In this document: in pieces, positions 1-8,945 of the stretch
Position numbering within the stretch: position 1 is the stretch's first letter
Layout of the letters: each line of letters starts with the position of its first letter
Source of the DNA: a virus
Lineage: Duplodnaviria; Caudoviricetes
Length of the DNA: 51,706 bases
Virus record (IMG/VR): IMGVR_UViG_3300030620_000008
Location: 1 to 51,706 of that record
Direction: 5' to 3' (one strand)
Position numbers and translations under genes: made by a program
The notes under the pieces: model-generated
The model's database searches: none
Seen by the model: the letters and a program-made list of their open reading frames with translations, nothing else
What the model was told of the DNA's origin: nothing

Positions 1-136
1 TTTCAAAATAGGGTGGCTATTCAATAAATATAGGTTCCACGCAGTTTATTATTTAATTTTAAAATAGTAAATGCAATAGATACAATAAAATATATTACAT
101 AAAATTATAATAAACATTAAAAATTCATTTCACAAA
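1..136. repeat. Terminal direct repeat, left copy
   Basis: 1..136 matches 51571..51706 except A at 10 vs G at 51580. Confidence 0.95.
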
Positions 137-205
137 AATTTCATGTGGAATGGGGCTAAAAGTTGGAATTTTTGGGAGTTTGTGGCCAGAAAAAGCAGAA
201 AAGGG

Positions 206-235
206 TTGACTTTACTAATAAAGGAGTTATATATT
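206..235 (+). promoter_or_regulatory. Sigma70-like promoter of the packaging/structural arm
   Basis: TTGACT(206-211)-N18-TATATT(230-235); predicted +1 falls at about the ATG at 242. Confidence 0.6.
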
Positions 236-241
236 TAGTTC

Positions 242-829
242 ATGAAAAGCCCCGCTAACGGCTCTACAAGCACTACTGCAAGCAGTGAGACTATTAAAGT
301 CTTGCGAAGAATTGCTAGTCTAAGTATTCATGAATTACCGGTTGATAAAATTGCTGATATTGTCGGAATTAATGTTGATGATTTATATAAGATTTATGAA
401 ACTAAAGAATATAGGGATATATTTTCAAGTATATATAATGATGAATTAGAGCAACAAGAAGCTATTAAAGATGGGTGGGACGGCGTCGAAGCTTTGGCGA
501 TTAGTCAAGTGTTAAACAGTTTGCAAGGGTCGGTTGACCAAGAATATGCGTTGAGAGCCGCTATGGTTGCTAACAGAGCTCAGAGAAGGAGTATAAATAA
601 CAGGCCGCTAAATGCCCGGCCTGTAGAAGGAAAAGTTATTGTCTTCCAATTGAGGCAAACCTTCGTCCAGCAAATCAATGACAGACAGAGAAATATGACT
701 GTTTTGGAAAACAAACAGGAAGACGGATTGAACCCAAAATCCGTAGAGAAAATGTTTATGCTTGACACCGAGGAAGGTTTAGAGTATGAAGATATGGATG
801 AACTAGCGCAGGCGATGGCCAATGTCTGA
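242..829 (+). CDS. Hypothetical protein, candidate terminase small subunit
   Basis: 195 aa; first gene of the packaging operon; HTH-like segment PVDKIADIVGINVDDLYKI; acidic tail. Function is inferred from position only. Confidence 0.5.
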   Translation: MKSPANGSTSTTASSETIKVLRRIASLSIHELPVDKIADIVGINVDDLYKIYETKEYRDIFSSIYNDELEQQEAIKDGWDGVEALAISQVLNSLQGSVDQEYALRAAMVANRAQRRSINNRPLNARPVEGKVIVFQLRQTFVQQINDRQRNMTVLENKQEDGLNPKSVEKMFMLDTEEGLEYEDMDELAQAMANV

Positions 830-1775
830 TAGTGAAAATAGTCAAAGTAGTGAAAATGTCTGCATCTATCATGGTGGGTGTGATGACGGTTTCGCATCTG
901 CCGTAATTGTTCACGAAGCGTTAAAAGGTGATGTTTTATTGTGTTATGGAAGATATAATAAGCCTGAAGAATTTCTTGAAATTGTAGAAGGTAAAAATGT
1001 TTATTTTGTAGATTTTTCAGTTAAACGAGATATTATGAAACAATATGCTGAAAAAGCTGGAGATATTACAATTATTGATCATCATGAAACCGCTAAGAAG
1101 GAGTTATTTGAATTAGATAAAGAATTTGATAATTTAGATTTAGTATTTGATATGAGCCATTCTGGAGCTTATTTAACCTGGAAATACTTTTTTAAATCCG
1201 GTCCACCTGAATTAATTAAACATATTGAAGATGGTGATATGTGGTGGTTTAAAAAAGATTTAACTGAAGCTGTGCAAATGTCATTAAGAAGTATTAAAAA
1301 AACTGTTCCAGATTGGAGTGAATTAATCTTTCCAACTATGTATAATGAACATGAAATTATTAGTCAATTATATGCACGCGGTTATCCAATGGTTCAAATG
1401 AAGAATGAACATGTTAATTTAATTCTTGAGAAGGTTCATTTATTTTATATTAGTAACCATGAAACTGTAGCATGTAATTGTAATTACTTCTATGCATCAA
1501 CAGTAGCTAATCAGTTAATGAAACGATATAATGTGCCATTTGCACTTTGTTACTTTGTTACGGAAAATTGTGATGTACAATTATCATTTAGGAGCGAAAA
1601 AGATAGATTTAATGTGGCAGATTTAGCTGTAAAATTTGGCGGTGGCGGACATCAAGCTGCCGCTGGTTGTCATATTTCATTAACTAAATTCTTAGAATGC
1701 GTAGAAACTAAAAAAGCGCGTAATGAGGCAGGCCGTCTGAAAGCCCTTGAAAGGGTTAAGGATGCCGGGCCGTAA
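822..1775 (+). CDS. DHH/DHHA1 family phosphoesterase
   Basis: Motifs YHGGCDDG, YFVDFS, IIDHH, SFRS and GGGGHQAAAG. Confidence 0.92.
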   Translation: MSDSENSQSSENVCIYHGGCDDGFASAVIVHEALKGDVLLCYGRYNKPEEFLEIVEGKNVYFVDFSVKRDIMKQYAEKAGDITIIDHHETAKKELFELDKEFDNLDLVFDMSHSGAYLTWKYFFKSGPPELIKHIEDGDMWWFKKDLTEAVQMSLRSIKKTVPDWSELIFPTMYNEHEIISQLYARGYPMVQMKNEHVNLILEKVHLFYISNHETVACNCNYFYASTVANQLMKRYNVPFALCYFVTENCDVQLSFRSEKDRFNVADLAVKFGGGGHQAAAGCHISLTKFLECVETKKARNEAGRLKALERVKDAGP

Positions 1776-1980
1776 AACATCTGTAAGAGTTCCAACAGAT
1801 GAAAAAAACTTAAGTAAAAAACATAAGCGTGATGCTGCGGCATCAAAAACGCCTAATTTAGCTGAATTTCCGCAAAGAATGCATAAAAAGTATGGCGTAT
1901 TGCCGCATCTTGGAATTGATCCAGAAGGTGTAGTTAGAAAATTAAATAGATCTAAAAAGAAGGTTGAAAAAGATGCCTAG
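1762..1980 (+). CDS. Small basic protein (72 aa)
   Basis: ATG at 1762 overlaps the upstream gene; K/R-rich. Confidence 0.7.
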   Translation: MPGRKTSVRVPTDEKNLSKKHKRDAAASKTPNLAEFPQRMHKKYGVLPHLGIDPEGVVRKLNRSKKKVEKDA

Positions 1981-2113
1981 TAAAAGTAAGGTCGGAAGGT
2001 GTGTAAGAAAAGTTCAAAGGAAGGGAAGAAGTAAAGTATCCGCAATTAGAGTATGCCAAAAATCAACCGGCCAGAGTTATAAGACCGGTAGAAAATCAAG
2101 AAGTAATAAATGA
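1973..2113 (+). CDS. Very basic 46-aa protein (not in ORF track)
   Basis: MPSKSKVGRCVRKVQRKGRSKVSAIRVCQKSTGQSYKTGRKSRSNK; overlaps both neighbours. Confidence 0.75.
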   Translation: MPSKSKVGRCVRKVQRKGRSKVSAIRVCQKSTGQSYKTGRKSRSNK

Positions 2114-2223
2114 TTATGGTTAAAATATTGTTAATCATGGTGGTAATTGCATTAGTAATTGCTCTTTTTGGTATATTAAGTATATTAGATAGTTTATGCC
2201 ATGGACAATCTGAAGATGAGTAA
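2110..2223 (+). CDS. 37-aa single-transmembrane peptide (not in ORF track)
   Basis: MIMVKILLIMVVIALVIALFGILSILDSLCHGQSEDE; ATGA overlap upstream, fills the gap to terL. Confidence 0.6.
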   Translation: MIMVKILLIMVVIALVIALFGILSILDSLCHGQSEDE

Positions 2224-3667
2224 TTTCGCCCATGTCCAAGCCGATGTAGCACAGATTAAGTCTTTAGTCCGTGATGATCCGGAGTTTTTAATTCATTTTT
2301 TCCATTACGAAGAATTAGATTTAGAAGTTCCTGATTTTCATATTAATGGTTTTAGACTAATGATTAGTTCAACTGTTTCCCGGCTTGCCTTTGCCCTTCC
2401 ACGCGACCACGCTAAGACAACTCTTGCCAAACTGGCAGCAGTTTGGCATTTTCTTTTCTCAAACTTTAAATTCATTCTTTATTTATCTGATACCGAAACA
2501 GTTGCTACTGCGGCTTGCAGAGATATAATCAATTGGATGACATCCGATAATTTTGTTAAAGTATTTGGTAAGATTTATTTTCATGTGGAAAGGCCTGGTG
2601 ATGGTCATTATGAATTTGAATGGGATGGGAAATATTGTATTTTACTAGCTCGTGGTGCAGGTCAACAAGTTAGAGGATTAAATTTCCATAATACTAGGCC
2701 ACAATTAGCAATTTGTGATGACTTGGAAACTATTAAATTATTAAGAAGTCCATCCGGATTTAAACAATTTAAACAATGGTTCTACGGTGAATTTAGAAAA
2801 TGCTTAGATGCGATGCTTAATAAAATTATATATATCGGAAATATGGTAGGCGCGGGATGTTTATTAGAAAGTCTTTGTAAAGCCACAGAATGGTATTCTG
2901 TTAGATATGCGGCATTATTATCCAACGGATCACCATTATGGCCTGAAAGATGGCCATTAGAAAAATTGAAAGTAGATTTTAGGGAATATTTAAAAGAGGG
3001 TATGCTAGACGTATGGTACGCCGAAGTAATGAATATGCCATTAAGCGGTGTTAGAAAACTTATTCAAGCTGATCAAATAACATATGACGAGCCAAAACAA
3101 CCTGATCAAATTCAATATGGATTTATTGTAATTGATCCTGCTATTTCTAAGAAAACATGGGCTAATCAAACAGGAATCACTGCTCATGGCTGGACTGGTA
3201 TGCGTTGGCAGATAGTTGATCTAATTCTTGCACCACATCTAGGTCCGATGGAAACATTTAAATTAACTGCAATGCTTTGTTTCAAGTGGGGTATTAGAGT
3301 AGTTGGTATTGAATCTAATGCATTTCAAGCGGTATTAAAACCTGTATTTGAGATATGGGCAAAGTGGTATCATTATGAAGATTTAGTATTTGTTCCTGTA
3401 TTTGGTTCTGAAAAGAAAACACAGCGGTTAACGGCTTGGTGTATGCTATTATCTAGTGGCCAATATGCGGTTAATAATAATGATTTTCAATTAACTACAC
3501 AGTTATTAAATTATGATCCAATGAAAGAACATAATGATGATGACGGTATTGATAGTTGTGCATATGGCCCGCAAATGATTGAACAATATTCAAGAGAGTT
3601 TATGCAAGATTTGAAACCGCCGCAATTAATTAATAATATTCCTGAATTAGAGTTGTCACCTGTATGA
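2216..3667 (+). CDS. terL: Terminase large subunit
   Basis: Walker A variant PRDHAKTT, VRG, Walker B LAICDDLE, nuclease motifs IVIDPA and DDDGIDS; start could be 2201 or 2216. Confidence 0.92.
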   Translation: MSNFAHVQADVAQIKSLVRDDPEFLIHFFHYEELDLEVPDFHINGFRLMISSTVSRLAFALPRDHAKTTLAKLAAVWHFLFSNFKFILYLSDTETVATAACRDIINWMTSDNFVKVFGKIYFHVERPGDGHYEFEWDGKYCILLARGAGQQVRGLNFHNTRPQLAICDDLETIKLLRSPSGFKQFKQWFYGEFRKCLDAMLNKIIYIGNMVGAGCLLESLCKATEWYSVRYAALLSNGSPLWPERWPLEKLKVDFREYLKEGMLDVWYAEVMNMPLSGVRKLIQADQITYDEPKQPDQIQYGFIVIDPAISKKTWANQTGITAHGWTGMRWQIVDLILAPHLGPMETFKLTAMLCFKWGIRVVGIESNAFQAVLKPVFEIWAKWYHYEDLVFVPVFGSEKKTQRLTAWCMLLSSGQYAVNNNDFQLTTQLLNYDPMKEHNDDDGIDSCAYGPQMIEQYSREFMQDLKPPQLINNIPELELSPV

Positions 3668-3828
3668 TTAGGCGCGCGCCTCCACGTAAGCAAAATCGTA
3701 AAAAATCTTTAGCTGTATTACATTCTAAGGATTTATTGAAAAAAGAACCTGTCTCACGTAAAACATTTTGGCCTACTGATACTACTAGTTCTGATAAGTT
3801 TAATAAACTTAGTAAACAAAGTAAATAA
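3664..3828 (+). CDS. Basic 54-aa protein (not in ORF track)
   Basis: ATGA-coupled to terL; MIRRAPPRKQNRKKSLAVLH...; shares this motif with the next gene's N-terminus. Confidence 0.7.
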   Translation: MIRRAPPRKQNRKKSLAVLHSKDLLKKEPVSRKTFWPTDTTSSDKFNKLSKQSK

Positions 3829-3829
3829 A

Positions 3830-5506
3830 ATGTTATCCATGCGTAAACTTCATAAACTTACTGTACCGCCGCATAGACAAAATCGTAAAAAGCATCTAGT
3901 ATTACTACATTTCGGCGGTGGTTTACGGCCTACAAAATTTATTAATACGCAGATATTTGGTATACATGCATTTTCCGTTGTCCTTGTAGCTACATTATTT
4001 GTTAATACACAATCATTTGGTTCGCATGTTATACTTTCGGAGAATAATCTTTTAATTACACATTTCACAAATGCGCAGACTTTTGGTTCACATAAATTAT
4101 CAGCCGAACTAGCTGCAACTAGTTTTACAAATAATCAAGCTTTTGGTAATCATACGCTCAGCATTGAACTAATAGCAACTAGTTTTATTAATCAACAAGT
4201 CTTTGGTAATCATGCTCTTAACGCTAATCTTCAAGCTAATAAATTTATTAATGAACAAACCTTTAATAATCCATCCGTTTCTGTAGAATTAACCACTAGT
4301 AGTTTTACTAATATTCAAACTTTCGGCACGCATGAAATTACTATAGTTGAGCTAATAAGACCAACACACTTTGCTAATATTCAAGTATTTGGTGCGCCGG
4401 CATTAAGTGTTATAATCGCCCCGCAAAGCTTTACCAATTTACAAGCATCTGGAACACATTTCCTATCAGTCAGACTTGATGCAACTAGTTTTGTAAATGG
4501 ACAAGTCTTTGGTTCACATACTATTGCAGAACCGGCGCCAAATATATCACCTACACATTTTACAAATACACAAGCTTTTGGCACCCATGCTTTAAGTGTA
4601 AATCTAGTACATACAAGCTTTGTAAATATACAAACATTTGGTAATCATATATTAAATACCAAACTTGAGCCAACTTCATTTGTGAATACACAAACTTTTG
4701 GTGCGCCGGCGGTTTCAGCTAATCTTATAGTTGCGCTGTTTACTAATACGCAAATATTTGGCACGCATGCTTTAAGTGTTATACTTGAACCTACCAAATT
4801 TATAAATGCGCAGGCGTCTGGAACGCATATAATTACTGTACCTAGTAATGACATTGTAACTGTAGGTATTGGCTCGGCAACGATTGCAGGTGGTACCGCC
4901 ACTGAAGAAAAAACGCTCCCCGGATCAGTGCAGGCTGGTGATACAGTAATCGTTAATTTTACTTCAGATGCCAGCATTGATCCAGGCGGTAATGGTGGCG
5001 GTGTCTTAGGTCAAGGTTATGTCGACATTGTAGCTGGCAGTAGTGCCAGTATCCCTGGCCGCCAAGTTGCTTACAAGAAAGCCCTTGCCGAAGGCGAAAC
5101 TACAATTGTAGTAGAGCAGCGCGCAACACTTGGCAGCGTCATGGCAATGCTTGTATTGCGCGGCGTTGACCAGACCACGCCTCTCGACGTGACGCCGCCA
5201 GCAGAAGCGACTGGAGGAAGCGGTAATCCGAACCCACCGTCAATTACACCGGTTACAAACAAGTGCGCGATTGTTATTTGTGGCGAGTTAGATGATGATG
5301 CTGTAGGTGCAAGCGGCGGCGCGCCACCTAACTATACCGGCACTTTTGTCGCACGAGATACCGAGCTTGGTGATGACAACGCAACTGTATTTCTTGCCGT
5401 ACGCATCCTTGAAACTGCGGCGCTTGAAGATCCGGGTGCGTTCACAAGTACCGGCGGTAATGATCAGTGGGCGGCGAGCACGATTGCTTTCCGACCGGCT
5501 GCATAA
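3830..5506 (+). CDS. Repeat-shaft fibre-like virion protein
   Basis: 15 repeats of about 20 aa (LxxTxFxNxQxFGxHxLS) followed by a GC-richer beta-rich C-terminal domain. Confidence 0.75.
   Translation: MLSMRKLHKLTVPPHRQNRKKHLVLLHFGGGLRPTKFINTQIFGIHAFSVVLVATLFVNTQSFGSHVILSENNLLITHFTNAQTFGSHKLSAELAATSFTNNQAFGNHTLSIELIATSFINQQVFGNHALNANLQANKFINEQTFNNPSVSVELTTSSFTNIQTFGTHEITIVELIRPTHFANIQVFGAPALSVIIAPQSFTNLQASGTHFLSVRLDATSFVNGQVFGSHTIAEPAPNISPTHFTNTQAFGTHALSVNLVHTSFVNIQTFGNHILNTKLEPTSFVNTQTFGAPAVSANLIVALFTNTQIFGTHALSVILEPTKFINAQASGTHIITVPSNDIVTVGIGSATIAGGTATEEKTLPGSVQAGDTVIVNFTSDASIDPGGNGGGVLGQGYVDIVAGSSASIPGRQVAYKKALAEGETTIVVEQRATLGSVMAMLVLRGVDQTTPLDVTPPAEATGGSGNPNPPSITPVTNKCAIVICGELDDDAVGASGGAPPNYTGTFVARDTELGDDNATVFLAVRILETAALEDPGAFTSTGGNDQWAASTIAFRPAA
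3923..4840 (+). repeat. Degenerate ~60-bp coding tandem repeat, 15 units
   Basis: Recurring FxNxQxFG codons; boundaries approximate. Confidence 0.85.
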
Positions 5507-5529
5507 CAACCAGAACGAGGAGCTAAAAG

Positions 5530-5937
5530 ATGACGAACGCTGTTTACGACGCATGGAAAGACCTAATCGCTTCTGCTGGTCTAGGTCTTGCTGCACTTGA
5601 TCTTACCGCGGCAACACTAAAAGTTGCAGCAATTGATACCGGTGTCTACACATTTTCTCAAGCGCACGATTTCTTTAACGATGTGACCGGTGTAATTGGT
5701 ACACCTGTTGCAATTGGCAGTCCTACTGTTACAGGCAAAACAATAGACGGCGCTGATGCAACTTTTACAGATTTAACCGCAACCAGTATTGAAGCTCTTA
5801 TTCTTTACATGGATACTGGTGTGTCTACTACAAGTCCGTTGGTTGCCTATATTGATACCGGTGTTACCGGCTTACCACTTACTACTGATGGTGAAGCAAC
5901 TGTTACTTGGGACGCAGCTGGGATCTTTGATCTTTAA
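5530..5937 (+). CDS. Small beta-rich virion structural protein
   Basis: SD GAGGAG; resembles a common phage structural family (DAxDxTF...LILYxDTG...PLVAYID...VTW..GIF). Confidence 0.7.
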   Translation: MTNAVYDAWKDLIASAGLGLAALDLTAATLKVAAIDTGVYTFSQAHDFFNDVTGVIGTPVAIGSPTVTGKTIDGADATFTDLTATSIEALILYMDTGVSTTSPLVAYIDTGVTGLPLTTDGEATVTWDAAGIFDL

Positions 5938-5952
5938 AAAGGTTTAGGTAAA

Positions 5953-7884
5953 ATGGCGAAGTCCAAAACAACTTTCCAACTAGATGAAACCGGTGCTAAG
6001 ATAAATGAAGAACAACATATTAAACTATTGAAACATGTAAGAGAAAAACTAGACTTCGGTAATTTTGTCAGAAAACATTTAGTTGACAGGCTTAGAATGA
6101 TTGATAATGAATTAAGTGGTTACGTTATTCCGACAGGTGATGATGCAAAACGTCATCAGGATAATGTCAGCGGAAAAGCTCCAAAACCTGTAGATATCAG
6201 TCTTCCATTAACTGTAGTTCAATTAGATGAGTGTACTACGTTTCTATTAAATGTATTAGCGCCTGATAATGAAATGTATGAAACTACTGCCGAAGCTTCA
6301 TTAATGGAACAAGCGCGTGCATTTACTTCTGTAATGAACCAGAATGCTATTGATTTTCAACACTATCGAAATATGGGAAAGGCATTTTTTAATGGATTGA
6401 AATACAATTTCGGTGGATTAATAACAGAATGGGAGCAAGTGATTGGTAGAGGCATTAATTTTGATGAAACAAGGCAACAAGGTGAAGTTAAATTTACTGA
6501 TAATAGTATAGTCACAGAAGGTAATGCTGTTATATCTGCTGATCCATATAATTTTATTTGGGATGTATCTGTATTGCCTGTTGATTTACCAAGATTGGGT
6601 GAGTTTTTTGCTACTATTCAAATGCGTACACCGTTTAGAGTTAAAAAAGCTGCACAACAGGGTATTTTTTATAACACACAAGATATAATTGACCATCGCG
6701 CAGTCGAAATGAGGTATTACGAGCAAAAACCGCGCTTCCTTGTAGAAGGTGCGTTGGTAAAAGAGGGACAGCAGATCAACTGGCGTAGTACATTGCAGCC
6801 GGAATTAAATGTTTTCATGGATGCTAATAGTGTTGAAATTGTTAATACGTATATTTGGCTTAATCCTAAAGAATTTGGATTAAGTTCTACTCAAGAATTA
6901 CAAATTTGGTTAATATCCATCGCTAATGGATTTAGAATTATCCGGGCCGTTCCGTTAGATTATGCGCACGGTATGCTTCCATGCGGATTTTTCATGCCTT
7001 GGGAAGATGAAAGTGGTTTAGACGCGCTTTCATACGGCGAAATGTTACGCCCATTGCAACATTATGCCAGCTTCCAAATTAATACAGATCAACACGGGCA
7101 AAGAAAAGCTTTAAATAAAGTTACAATTCTAGACAGACAAGCATTTGCTGGTGTTAACAAAGAAGATTTCCGAAGTGGTGTTGTATTTGCGGATTTAAAC
7201 TATGCTGTTGATAGAGATATTCGTAGAGTTGCAATGCAATTTGATCATAATCAACAACAAGATGCTCCTGAGCAAATTAGTAAAATTGTTGATCTTATGC
7301 AATACATTCTTCCAACCAGTATCCAACGCGCTATGAGCGATTTAGAACGCGCTACACTATATCAAGCCGCATGGACAGTGCAAGCTGCCAATAGAAGACC
7401 GTATAAAATTGCAAGAATTATTAATGATCAAGGTTTAGAACCTGTAAGACATCAAATGTATTATAATATTCTTCAATTCCAGAAGTCAATGGAAATTATT
7501 AGCCCTGAGAATGGTGAATTATTAACAGTTAATCCTGCACAGATTGCAACAGCTAGAATTAAGTTCTTAATCTCTACTGGATTAAAAGGTATTGATAAAT
7601 TACAAATTACTGAAGGATTAAGAGATGTAATTAATATGTTATTACAAAGCAAAGCTGGTAATGATCAAATTGATGTAGTCAGAGTAATTGATTATTGGTT
7701 AACATTAATGGGTGACAGGTTTGACTTTACCGCATTCAAATGGCAGGATGATTTTGATAAACTTACAAGAGAACAAAAGCAAGTAGCTTTCCAATTACTA
7801 CAACAAGCAATTCAAGAACAAGAGCAACAAGAAGGTCAAAGCGAGCAAGAAAATTCATTATTAAATCTAGTGGCAGGTGAATAA
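5953..7884 (+). CDS. Portal protein
   Basis: 643 aa between terL and scaffold/capsid; ADPYNFIWD segment; Q/E-rich helical C-terminus. Confidence 0.8.
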   Translation: MAKSKTTFQLDETGAKINEEQHIKLLKHVREKLDFGNFVRKHLVDRLRMIDNELSGYVIPTGDDAKRHQDNVSGKAPKPVDISLPLTVVQLDECTTFLLNVLAPDNEMYETTAEASLMEQARAFTSVMNQNAIDFQHYRNMGKAFFNGLKYNFGGLITEWEQVIGRGINFDETRQQGEVKFTDNSIVTEGNAVISADPYNFIWDVSVLPVDLPRLGEFFATIQMRTPFRVKKAAQQGIFYNTQDIIDHRAVEMRYYEQKPRFLVEGALVKEGQQINWRSTLQPELNVFMDANSVEIVNTYIWLNPKEFGLSSTQELQIWLISIANGFRIIRAVPLDYAHGMLPCGFFMPWEDESGLDALSYGEMLRPLQHYASFQINTDQHGQRKALNKVTILDRQAFAGVNKEDFRSGVVFADLNYAVDRDIRRVAMQFDHNQQQDAPEQISKIVDLMQYILPTSIQRAMSDLERATLYQAAWTVQAANRRPYKIARIINDQGLEPVRHQMYYNILQFQKSMEIISPENGELLTVNPAQIATARIKFLISTGLKGIDKLQITEGLRDVINMLLQSKAGNDQIDVVRVIDYWLTLMGDRFDFTAFKWQDDFDKLTREQKQVAFQLLQQAIQEQEQQEGQSEQENSLLNLVAGE

Positions 7885-8126
7885 TGTTTAATATGGAGAT
7901 CATAGATGCACAAAAGATTATATTGTATAAACTTGCTATTAACGATTTTCCCCAATTAATAGAATTAATAAAAGATGAAAAATCAGAAGCTGAAAAAAAT
8001 CTCTGCAAATTACAATACAAAGACGGTGACCAGTTTAAAACTGAATTTATTAAACGCCAACTAATAATACAGCTGCTCGATGATTTAATTAGTTTCTTTA
8101 CAAAGCTCCAAGAACAAGGACTGTAA
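7884..8126 (+). CDS. Small helical protein
   Basis: 80 aa, TAATG-coupled to the portal gene. Confidence 0.7.
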   Translation: MFNMEIIDAQKIILYKLAINDFPQLIELIKDEKSEAEKNLCKLQYKDGDQFKTEFIKRQLIIQLLDDLISFFTKLQEQGL

Positions 8127-8127
8127 C

Positions 8128-8928
8128 ATGGCCATCGGTAGTCTCTTTAGTCGTAGTGGTGGTACACCGAGTTCACCTGCACAAACACCCGATAGTTCAA
8201 CACAGCAAACACAGCCCGCAGCTGATCCTCAAAATCAGCAAGTACAACAAGATCAACAAAGCCTGAAGGATGATCAACAATTACCTGATGAATTAAGTAA
8301 ATTCTGGAATGATGAACAAACTGATCCGCAAAAACCAACTGATAGTGCTACGCAACCGCAAAAACCAGCAGATACCGTAGATTTCAATAAGCAACTCAAC
8401 GAATTTATTACATCTAAAAATCTATTCCAAGGTATTGATCCAGCTAAAATGGCGACTGAATTGCAAGAAGGTAAGCTTGATCACTTAAACGAAACCATCG
8501 GTGGTGCTATCAATAGAGCATTTCAAGAAATGTTAACTATTCAAGCTAAATTTCATAACAGCGCTGTTGATACCGCGGTACAAAAAGCATTACGTGAAAG
8601 CACTAACTATTCTCGACTTGATGCAGCAAAGAGCCGTCTTAATGAAGCGCTTCCATTTACTACAGAAGAAGCCTTTTCACCTATTGCAGATAGTATTCTT
8701 AATCAAGCAATGAAAATCCATAAGAATGATCATACAAAAGCCGTTAAAACTACAGTTCAATTTTTCAGAGCTATGCAAAAACAATTTTCATCAGGATTTA
8801 AACAACGGCAATTAAAAGATCCGCAATTTTCTGAAATGTTTCAATTAAATCCAGATGAAACAGAGGACTTGACACCTTCACACAATGCGCCCAATATAGA
8901 TTTTATGAAGTTGTTAAAAGGTAGCTAA
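8128..8928 (+). CDS. Capsid scaffolding protein
   Basis: Q/P/D-rich disordered N-terminus, helical core, directly upstream of the capsid gene. Confidence 0.7.
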   Translation: MAIGSLFSRSGGTPSSPAQTPDSSTQQTQPAADPQNQQVQQDQQSLKDDQQLPDELSKFWNDEQTDPQKPTDSATQPQKPADTVDFNKQLNEFITSKNLFQGIDPAKMATELQEGKLDHLNETIGGAINRAFQEMLTIQAKFHNSAVDTAVQKALRESTNYSRLDAAKSRLNEALPFTTEEAFSPIADSILNQAMKIHKNDHTKAVKTTVQFFRAMQKQFSSGFKQRQLKDPQFSEMFQLNPDETEDLTPSHNAPNIDFMKLLKGS

Positions 8929-8945
8929 GCTCTGGAGAGATCACA

